Assembly: GCA_903916665.1 (NCBI GenBank)
Contig: CAIWXP010000131.1
Span: 1 to 14,402, forward strand
Direction: 5' to 3'
DNA length: 14,402 nucleotides
DNA from: Candidatus Iainarchaeum sp.
Lineage (GTDB): Archaea; Iainarchaeota; Iainarchaeia; Iainarchaeales; 0-14-0-20-30-16
The position numbers were made by a program, and so were the translations under genes. The notes beneath the pieces are model-generated. The model was not told the DNA's origin. It did not search any database and saw only the letters and a program-made list of their open reading frames with translations. Each line of letters starts with the position of its first letter. Positions within the stretch are counted from its first letter, which is position 1. Positions 1 through 6,419 of this stretch are shown in pieces.

Positions 1-285
1 GGAACTCAGGTAAAAAAACAAAGTGAAAGAAAAACAAAATTAATAACAATAGGAAGAATAAAAAGATTTTTTGCAAAAATAAATGTTGCAGAAATAAATG
101 CAGACATAGATTTTACAACAGGAAAAGAAATTATTGTTCAAGGTGCAAATACTTATTTTAGACAGCAATTAGATTCTGTTGAATATCAAGGTAAAAAAGT
201 TAAAGAAGTAAAAAGAGAACAGGATGTTGGAATTAAATTAAAAGAGCGCGCAAGAAAGAATGATTTAATTTATATTGTTGAGTGA
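1..285 (+). CDS. C-terminal part of an EF-Tu domain-2-like beta-barrel (translation-factor-like) protein; 5' end lies outside the window
   Basis: Frame 1 is open from the window edge to TGA at 283-285. The translation ...KLITIGRIKRFFAKINVAEINADIDFTTGKEIIVQGANTYFRQQLDSVEYQGKKVKEVKREQDVGIKLKERARKNDLIYIVE* follows the pattern I recall for small translation-elongation-factor-like barrel proteins and for the C-terminal barrel of IF2/aIF5B-type factors. This is recognised by eye, not by a search. Confidence 0.45.
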   Translation, partial: GTQVKKQSERKTKLITIGRIKRFFAKINVAEINADIDFTTGKEIIVQGANTYFRQQLDSVEYQGKKVKEVKREQDVGIKLKERARKNDLIYIVE

Positions 286-289
286 TTTT

Positions 290-595
290 ATGCCTAGAAA
301 ACCAGAAGAACCAAAACCAAGATCTAGTAAAGAAAATATTCCTAAGCGAAGAGCAGCAACAGAAAGGCCAAGAAAAATAAATGATTTAAAAAGATTAACT
401 CTTGGGTTAGACTTGCAAAGAACCTATGGCAAAGGATCTACATTATGTAATGCTTATTATGCATTAGCAACTACGCCTGGTTTAATTGAAGCAAAAGAAG
501 CTTTTGCAAGAACCCTTCAAGATTCACAAAAAAGAAAAGACATGTTGGCAATATTAAAGACAGCAAGAGAATATAGAGAAAGTATATTGGATTAA
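290..595 (+). CDS. Hypothetical small basic protein with a Lys/Arg/Pro-rich N-terminus and a helical C-terminus
   Basis: The track ORF is 275-595 and opens with TTG. The first ATG is at 290-292, 4 nt after the upstream TGA stop and preceded by GAGTGA (SD-like). The protein MPRKPEEPKPRSSKENIPKRRAATERPRK... belongs to no family I recognise. Confidence 0.5.
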   Translation: MPRKPEEPKPRSSKENIPKRRAATERPRKINDLKRLTLGLDLQRTYGKGSTLCNAYYALATTPGLIEAKEAFARTLQDSQKRKDMLAILKTAREYRESILD

Positions 596-1576
596 TTAAT
601 ATTTTCCAGGCAAGTATTCTTGTTTAATAGTATATTCCAATCGATGTATTCTGTGATAGCCTATATCTTTATCAAACCTATCTCTAAATTCTTTAATAAT
701 TTTATTTATTTCTGCTACATCTTTCACAATAACTTCTATTTCAACTTCTGGACCGCCAATAGTTTCCATTCTATAGGTTACATTTTTATGTTGCTTTGCA
801 ATAATGTTTATTTGATCTAGATTATCTAAATTATTTAAATAAAAATCAATTTTATAAAATCTATATCCTAATTTGTTAGTATCAATTAATGCATTGTATC
901 CTAAAATTATTTTATTTTTTTCTAATTTCTTAATTCTATCTATTATTGCTTTTGGTGTTAGATTTAATTTTTTTGCAATTGATACTGATGTTTCATTAGC
1001 TTTTTTAGTTAATATTTCTAATATTTTATAATCTAATTTATCATAATCTATTGCAGTTTCTTTTCCAACTATTTTCTCATCGTAGTTTATTTCATCCATT
1101 AATACTTTCATGGGATAATGTATTTGACTAACTGATTCATAGATTTCTTGTTTTAAAATATATTTTTTATATTTAATTAAAAAAGGTTTCCATTTATCAT
1201 AAAACTCAGGAATACTTTTTATCCATATATAAAATCCAATATCTACTTCGCCCTCAAATTTAACAATCCACATAAATAAAGGGTTTAATTTTAAATAATT
1301 ATAAATTTCCTGTTCTTTTTGTAAAGTTATATTTTGCCATTTAATATATATTCTAATTGAATTGTATCCTAAACGTCTCCAATCTATTAATGCGTGATAA
1401 CTTAAAATTATTTTATTCTTTTCTAGTTGATTAACTCTATATTTTACTACTTGTTTGGATATTTTATGTTTTTTGCCAATTTCAGATAATGGCATTCTAC
1501 AATTCCAGCCTAGTTCAAATAGTATTTTAGAATCAATAGAATCTATAATTTTATTACTTTTTGTATCTTTTGACAT
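596..1576 (-). CDS. Tandem (internally duplicated) Lrp/AsnC-family transcriptional regulator with two HTH plus RAM modules in one chain
   Basis: Module 1 (aa ~11-155) contains IDSKILFELGWNCRMPLSEIGKKHKISKQVVKYRVNQLEKNKIILSYHALIDWRRLGY. Module 2 (aa ~178-320) contains LDYKILEILTKKANETSVSIAKKLNLTPKAIIDRIKKLEKNKIILGYNALIDTNKLGY. Each HTH is followed by a beta-alpha-beta-type effector (RAM-like) segment. The ATG is at 1576-1574. Confidence 0.85.
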   Translation of the reverse strand: MSKDTKSNKIIDSIDSKILFELGWNCRMPLSEIGKKHKISKQVVKYRVNQLEKNKIILSYHALIDWRRLGYNSIRIYIKWQNITLQKEQEIYNYLKLNPLFMWIVKFEGEVDIGFYIWIKSIPEFYDKWKPFLIKYKKYILKQEIYESVSQIHYPMKVLMDEINYDEKIVGKETAIDYDKLDYKILEILTKKANETSVSIAKKLNLTPKAIIDRIKKLEKNKIILGYNALIDTNKLGYRFYKIDFYLNNLDNLDQINIIAKQHKNVTYRMETIGGPEVEIEVIVKDVAEINKIIKEFRDRFDKDIGYHRIHRLEYTIKQEYLPGKY

Positions 1577-1596
1577 ATAATACTATAATAAGTAAA

Positions 1597-1621
1597 GATT
1601 TTTAAACATATTTTAAATATA
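1597..1621. promoter_or_regulatory. Candidate back-to-back divergent TATA boxes: TTTAAAAAT on the minus strand for the Lrp gene and TTTTAAATATA on the plus strand for the operon
   Basis: The element at 1597-1605 is centred about 25 nt upstream of the Lrp ATG at 1576, which implies a leaderless mRNA. The element at 1611-1621 lies about 40-45 nt upstream of ATG 1659/1665, and AAGGGA (1654-1659) is a possible SD for ATG 1665. The calls rest on position and composition only. Confidence 0.3.
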
Positions 1622-1658
1622 CCTCTTGTGCTCCTAGTTATTTACAATAAATTAAGGG

Positions 1659-2297
1659 ATGTTTATGAAAATTGAGAATTATAGTTATTGGTTAAAATTA
1701 TTTAATGAAATACCTATACCTAAAAATTTAATTGAAATTAAAGATTATGATTTTATAATTAAAGATAATTCTAAAGATAGGTATTGGTTAAATCATTTTG
1801 GGGTTACAAATAAAGATAATATTATATTGAAAGTAACAAAAGAAACAATTAATAAAATTGAAAGCATTAAGAAATATCTTAAAAAAGATGAAAAGATTGT
1901 AATTTTAAGTGCGTATAGAACTCCAGAATTATTGGCAGCATTATGGACCAGAAGATTAAATGATGTAATTAATAAGTTTCCAGGATATTCTTATGAAAAA
2001 CAATTAGAATTTGCGAGTAAATATACTGCATCTCCTTTTCATCCTAATTTGCCACCACATTCAAGAGGTAGTTCAATAGATGTATTATTAATTAAAAATA
2101 ATAAAATATTAAAATTTTGTAATGATGATACTGATTACAATGAATGGAGATTTGATTATTTTGAAAATAAAGATAAGAAAATTCATGAAAATAGATTGCG
2201 ATTAAAAAATATTATGTGTTCAGCAGGATTTATTCCATATTCTAAAGAATATAATCATTTTGGACTAACTTCAACATTTGAAGGTGATGATTTATGA
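1659..2297 (+). CDS. VanX/DdpX-like zinc D-Ala-D-Ala dipeptidase (MEROPS M15D-like)
   Basis: The signature residues are present: SAYRTPE (Arg87), PPHSRGSSIDVLL (His134 and Asp141, the SxHxxGxAxD-type motif) and KEYNHF (Glu197-x-x-His200, equivalent to EWWH of VanX). An alternative start ATG at 1665 has better SD spacing. The TGA stop overlaps the next gene's ATG (ATGA at 2294-2297). Confidence 0.8.
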   Translation: MFMKIENYSYWLKLFNEIPIPKNLIEIKDYDFIIKDNSKDRYWLNHFGVTNKDNIILKVTKETINKIESIKKYLKKDEKIVILSAYRTPELLAALWTRRLNDVINKFPGYSYEKQLEFASKYTASPFHPNLPPHSRGSSIDVLLIKNNKILKFCNDDTDYNEWRFDYFENKDKKIHENRLRLKNIMCSAGFIPYSKEYNHFGLTSTFEGDDL

Positions 2298-4027
2298 ATG
2301 TAAATTTAATTTATCCCCCTGTGCATATGCCTGATGTGCCTCATATTGCGGTACCTATTTTGAAAGCAAATTTATTAAAACAAGGAATTGGGTGTAAATC
2401 TTTTGATGAAAATATAAATTTTTATCATCATGTATTATCACGAAGTGTACAAAAAAATCTTTTAGTTAAATTAAATATTCCACAAAATGAGATAACTAAA
2501 ATTTTAGATAATATTCAAAGAGATTCTAAATTATTAAGAACACCTGTAGAAAGAAATCAAATTAAAGAATATTTTGAAGCTAGAATCAATATAGAAAATT
2601 CATTAAATAGATATATGAATTTTTTTTCTGGCAGATTAGGTTTAACCTATGGTAGTTTAAGTTACAATCAAAGTGATTCTGAAGATGTTTTAAAAGCCTT
2701 AGTTGATCCTAAGAAAAATCCTTATATTGGTTATTTTAAAAAAAGATTACCATTATTAATAAAAAATACAGATATAATTGGAATAAGTATCGGAATTTCA
2801 GAACAAATGATTCCTGCTTTTACACTGGCAAAATTAATTAAAGAGTATAATAAAAATATTACAATAGTTTTAGGAGGAAATATATTTAGTAGAGTTTATT
2901 CTGAAATTATTAAAACAGACTTAACCAAATATTTTGACTATTCAATTTTAAGGGAAGGTGATTTAAAATTACCAGAATTAGTTAAAGCAGTTAGATTAAA
3001 TTTAACAAAAGATAAAATAAATGAAATAATCAATGATCCTAAATTAGAAGTACCAAATTTATTTGAAGAACTAATTCCTGATTTTTCAGATTATCCTTTG
3101 AGAAAGTATTTTGTTCCTGAACCGGTTTTGCCTGTTTTGGGATGTAGAGGTTGTATTCACAATAAATGTACCTTTTGTGCCATTCCTAAAATGTATGCAA
3201 ATTGTGGTCAATTTAGACCTAAATTGCCAGAACAAGTATTAAAGGAAACAGAATTTTATTATAAACAATATGGTGTTAAATATTTTAAATTTGTTGAAGA
3301 AAGTCATAGTCCATCATTTGCAAAAGAATATTGTCAATTAGTGTTAGATAAAAAATTACCATTTAGATATGAAGCATTTGCATCTTTAGATAAATGGATT
3401 TTAGAAGATGATGCAAAACATGTTGGCAAAGTAATAATAAAATTATTATATGGTTATGAGTCATGTTCTAAAAAAACTATTGCAAATTCAGAAAAAAGAA
3501 ATTTAGACTATAACAAAGTAAATGATGTAATTAAACGAACCTATGATTTAGGGATTGCGCCATTTGTTTTTTTAATTTGTGGAATTCCGGGCGAAAATGA
3601 TGAGGATTATTATAATACAATCAATGAAGTAATTCAAAATAAATATATTAAAGATAAATTGTTGTCAGTTTATAATTTATCTAAATGGTCTAAGGATGCA
3701 ATAGATAAACAATTTCATTTAGATAAAGGATTAGAAAATATTCGTATTAGAGGAGATATATCTTGCAATTATGATTATAATTTAAATGATATTGATGCTA
3801 GAAAACAATTGTTAGAAAAAGGAAAAAAATTAAATGAATATTTAAACAAAGAACGAAAAGATTTGACAATAATTTCTGCTTTGCAACCAGCTGCAAGAAT
3901 TTATTTTTTTTCTAAATTTGGAATTAATGTTGGCGAATATATTGCGAATAATTTAAATCTTTCAGAAGAGATATACAATTTAGCAAATAGTTCTTATTAT
4001 AATACTAAAATTAATAGGTTTGATTAA
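2294..4027 (+). CDS. Radical SAM enzyme with an N-terminal B12-binding-like (class B type) domain and a non-canonical cluster motif
   Basis: The N-terminus NLIYPPVHMPDVPHIAVPILKANLLKQGIGC ... DIIGISIGISEQMIPAFTLAKLIKEYNKNITIVLGGNIFS resembles the Rossmann-like B12-binding domain of class B radical SAMs. It is followed by GCRGCIHNKCTFCAIP (Cys284/287/292/295) and a TIM-barrel-like core (YGYESCSKKT, LICGIPGENDEDY). Confidence 0.8.
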   Translation: MNVNLIYPPVHMPDVPHIAVPILKANLLKQGIGCKSFDENINFYHHVLSRSVQKNLLVKLNIPQNEITKILDNIQRDSKLLRTPVERNQIKEYFEARINIENSLNRYMNFFSGRLGLTYGSLSYNQSDSEDVLKALVDPKKNPYIGYFKKRLPLLIKNTDIIGISIGISEQMIPAFTLAKLIKEYNKNITIVLGGNIFSRVYSEIIKTDLTKYFDYSILREGDLKLPELVKAVRLNLTKDKINEIINDPKLEVPNLFEELIPDFSDYPLRKYFVPEPVLPVLGCRGCIHNKCTFCAIPKMYANCGQFRPKLPEQVLKETEFYYKQYGVKYFKFVEESHSPSFAKEYCQLVLDKKLPFRYEAFASLDKWILEDDAKHVGKVIIKLLYGYESCSKKTIANSEKRNLDYNKVNDVIKRTYDLGIAPFVFLICGIPGENDEDYYNTINEVIQNKYIKDKLLSVYNLSKWSKDAIDKQFHLDKGLENIRIRGDISCNYDYNLNDIDARKQLLEKGKKLNEYLNKERKDLTIISALQPAARIYFFSKFGINVGEYIANNLNLSEEIYNLANSSYYNTKINRFD

Positions 4028-4028
4028 T

Positions 4029-4586
4029 ATGATTAGGAATACTAAAATAGAGGATATAAACGAAATCATTGAATTAATGAAATCAGTATATTTTAATGCG
4101 CCCTATGATTGTTATTTGGATTATAATTATTGGTTAGAGTTTATAAAAAATAACCATTCTTTTGTTTATGTAATTGATAATAAGATAGTTGGGCATAGTG
4201 CATTAGAAATTAAAGACAATTTTGGTATTCTTTCAAAATCATTTGTTGATGAAAAATATAGAAATCAAGGAATATATAAAAAATTAATAGATCACAGATT
4301 AGAATTAGCAAAATCGTTGAATTTGGACTTTTTAGAAACCTATGTTACTACTCATAATATTATACCTCAAAAAATATATTTGGAAGAATATGATTTTAAT
4401 TCGTTTGGATTAAAGTTATTAGATACTTCTGATTTATTCAATAGTGGTCAAAGAACTAGTTTAGTTATACTTAGAAAGAAATTAAATAATAATTATGAAT
4501 TTAAAACAGAATCTTTAAATTTTAGTAAAATTAAATTACATCCAATTGTGGTAAAACAATTAAATTTAGATAAATATTGTTTATAA
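4029..4586 (+). CDS. GNAT-family N-acyltransferase
   Basis: The GNAT motif A region is VYVIDNKIVGHSALEIKDNFGILSKSFVDEKYRNQGIYKKLIDHRLELAKSLNLDFLETYVTTHNIIPQKIYLEEYDF. The ATG at 4029 lies 1 nt after the radical SAM TAA stop (4025-4027). The track ORF opens with TTG at 4020, which I consider less likely. Confidence 0.75.
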   Translation: MIRNTKIEDINEIIELMKSVYFNAPYDCYLDYNYWLEFIKNNHSFVYVIDNKIVGHSALEIKDNFGILSKSFVDEKYRNQGIYKKLIDHRLELAKSLNLDFLETYVTTHNIIPQKIYLEEYDFNSFGLKLLDTSDLFNSGQRTSLVILRKKLNNNYEFKTESLNFSKIKLHPIVVKQLNLDKYCL

Positions 4587-5816
4587 ATCTTGAATTTCTT
4601 TTTTTATTTTTTCAATAATATATTGACTAGTTGTATCGGGATTATTTTCTTTTAGTAACTGAATAACTGTATCAATATCAATTGAGTTTTTAAAACCAGC
4701 TTCTTGTAAATTCTTGATAAATATTTCTTTTGATTTTTCTAAAGCGTTTATTTTATCCTGTTCAAAGTTTAGGTTTTCAATTTTGTTTTTTAATTCATCA
4801 ATTTCTAATTTTTTATCTAACAATAAAATAACATTTTTAGTATCAATGTTTTTTTCATTTAAATTAGTTGTTTCATTTAACGCTAACTTGGCTGCAATCT
4901 TAACCTTTAAAACAGGATTTAATACTAATTCTTTATCGTTATAATTTACAGTAACAATATTTCCTTTTATTTCGTTTAATTTTGTATTAATTTTATTTAT
5001 TATATCTTGCTTAGTTATATTGGTTTCATTTAATTCAAAGTAATAGTAGTTTCTTTGCAAAGGAATTTCTTTGAATATTAATTCTTTTGTAATTGTATCA
5101 AAGATATAAAAACCTCTAGGTTCTAAAATTTCGTTTTTCTTAATTTGAGTAATTATTGTTGATCCAGGAATTAGAAAAGGACCAATATTGGATTTTATTA
5201 AATGTTTTTTATGAATGTGTCCATTAATATAAAGATCAAAACCTTTTGGTAGATCTTCTAAAGATAAATTAGAAACCATTTCATCATCAAAAGCTAATAG
5301 TTCATCGTAACTTTGATGAGTCATTAAAATATTTATCGCGTTATCTTTTGGCTGAAAGTCAATTTTAGAGATAACTTCTTTTGCAACTTTTTCTGGGACT
5401 CCTGCCATTCCACAGATATTAACAGTTTCACTTTCATTAGAAAAACATATTGAATTGTGTTTTAATTGATAAATATATTCTGATTTTTCTAAAACATCAA
5501 TTGGTGAAGTATAACCTTTGCCTTTGTATTCATGGGTGCCAGCAATTGCAATTATTGGCTTTAATAAATGTTTTTTTTGTTTTGTTTTAGGAATAAGTTT
5601 TTGATTGCCAATGTATTTTGCAAAAATTTGAAAAACATTGTGCATAGTTTTTTGGCTAGGCTCTTCTAGATCAAATAAATCTCCGGGCATTAATATAATG
5701 TCACAATTTTGTTCTGCATAGTCTAGTGCTTGTTGAAAGTTAATGTAACAGTCACTTTCTAAGTCTTGGGTTTCTTTGTGGCCAAAATGAGTATCTGAAA
5801 TAATTGCTATGTGCAT
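4581..5816 (-). CDS. mre11: Mre11/SbcD-type calcineurin-like phosphoesterase (DSB-repair nuclease homologue) with a Lys/Glu/Asn-rich helical C-terminus
   Basis: The phosphoesterase motifs are IISDTHFG (I), MPGDLFD (II), IAGTHEY (III, with Thr where GNHD/E normally has Asn), LMTHQS (IV) and INGHIHK (V). The ATG at 5816-5814 gives MHIAIISDTH. The track start at 5831 is TTG and would overlap the promoter. Confidence 0.8.
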   Translation of the reverse strand: MHIAIISDTHFGHKETQDLESDCYINFQQALDYAEQNCDIILMPGDLFDLEEPSQKTMHNVFQIFAKYIGNQKLIPKTKQKKHLLKPIIAIAGTHEYKGKGYTSPIDVLEKSEYIYQLKHNSICFSNESETVNICGMAGVPEKVAKEVISKIDFQPKDNAINILMTHQSYDELLAFDDEMVSNLSLEDLPKGFDLYINGHIHKKHLIKSNIGPFLIPGSTIITQIKKNEILEPRGFYIFDTITKELIFKEIPLQRNYYYFELNETNITKQDIINKINTKLNEIKGNIVTVNYNDKELVLNPVLKVKIAAKLALNETTNLNEKNIDTKNVILLLDKKLEIDELKNKIENLNFEQDKINALEKSKEIFIKNLQEAGFKNSIDIDTVIQLLKENNPDTTSQYIIEKIKKEIQDL

Positions 5817-5838
5817 AGTATATTTAGGCAAGGAAAGG

Positions 5839-5848
5839 TATAAATAAA
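5839..5848. promoter_or_regulatory. Candidate single shared TATA element (TATAAATAAA) for the divergent mre11-like and CYTH genes
   Basis: This is the only strong A/T box in the 51-bp spacer. It lies 20-29 nt upstream of ATG 5868 on the plus strand and 23-32 nt upstream of ATG 5816 on the minus strand. That geometry is consistent with leaderless transcripts in both directions. Confidence 0.35.
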
Positions 5849-5867
5849 GCTCTAATATGTTATTATT

Positions 5868-6419
5868 ATGCAGATAGAGTCATTCTATGAAATTGAGCTA
5901 AAAGCACTACTTAAAAAAGAACAGTATGAGAAGCTATCTGAATTGTTGCAAAAAGAATATACAAAAATTAATGATGATGTTATACATAGCACAAGGTATA
6001 GACCTGGTGATATTAGGTTAAGGTATTCAAATAGAATTTTTGAATTGGTTCATAAAAGTGGAGATCCAACCTGCATATTTAGAAAAGAAACTAAAATGTC
6101 TTTTGATAATAAAGAAGATCTGGATAAAATGAAAGATATGTTTGATGAATTAAGCCTACAAACAGATCCACCTTGGATAAAACATAAACAAGAGTTTGAA
6201 ATAGAACTAGATGGTTCAAAATATACTATTTGTTTACAAGATATAAAAGATTTTTCCTATATTTTAGAAGTGGAATATCTGAGCGATGATGAAAACTATA
6301 TTTTGCATGAACGAAATATAAGAAGTATCTTTAAAAAATTAAAAGTTGAACCAATAGATCCAAAAGATTTTAATGATAGAATTTCAAGATACATAGTTGC
6401 AAATAGAAAATGGTTGTAA
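5868..6419 (+). CDS. CYTH-domain protein (triphosphate tunnel metalloenzyme; CyaB/ThTPase-like)
   Basis: The N-terminal ExExK signature YEIELK (Glu8, Glu10, Lys12; nt 5889-5903) is present. Alternating beta-strand charged motifs follow: IRLRYS, FEIELDG and ILEVEY. The size of about 180 aa is typical of stand-alone CYTH proteins. Confidence 0.75.
   Translation: MQIESFYEIELKALLKKEQYEKLSELLQKEYTKINDDVIHSTRYRPGDIRLRYSNRIFELVHKSGDPTCIFRKETKMSFDNKEDLDKMKDMFDELSLQTDPPWIKHKQEFEIELDGSKYTICLQDIKDFSYILEVEYLSDDENYILHERNIRSIFKKLKVEPIDPKDFNDRISRYIVANRKWL

Noticed and set aside
1-285. Calling the 5'-truncated ORF specifically as the C-terminus of aIF5B/IF2
   Set aside because: The barrel-like pattern fits equally well, or better, with the small stand-alone EF-Tu-domain-2-like proteins. 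With only 94 aa and no search tool, the specific assignment is not justified, so I kept the generic call.
620-820. 66-aa plus-strand ORF inside the Lrp gene
   Set aside because: It lies entirely antisense to a well-supported CDS. Its low-complexity Phe/Ile/Asn-rich translation is typical of the reverse frame of AT-rich genes, and there is no start context.
4714-4944. 76-aa plus-strand ORF inside the mre11-like gene
   Set aside because: It is a shadow ORF antisense to a motif-supported CDS. Its Phe/Ser/Leu-rich translation has no recognisable features.
5817-5831. TTG-initiated N-terminal extension (MPKYT) of the mre11-like ORF, as listed in the track
   Set aside because: The ATG at 5816 gives the canonical MHIAIISDTH N-terminus, in which motif I begins almost immediately. 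The extension would also place the start codon on top of the only TATA-like element in the spacer.
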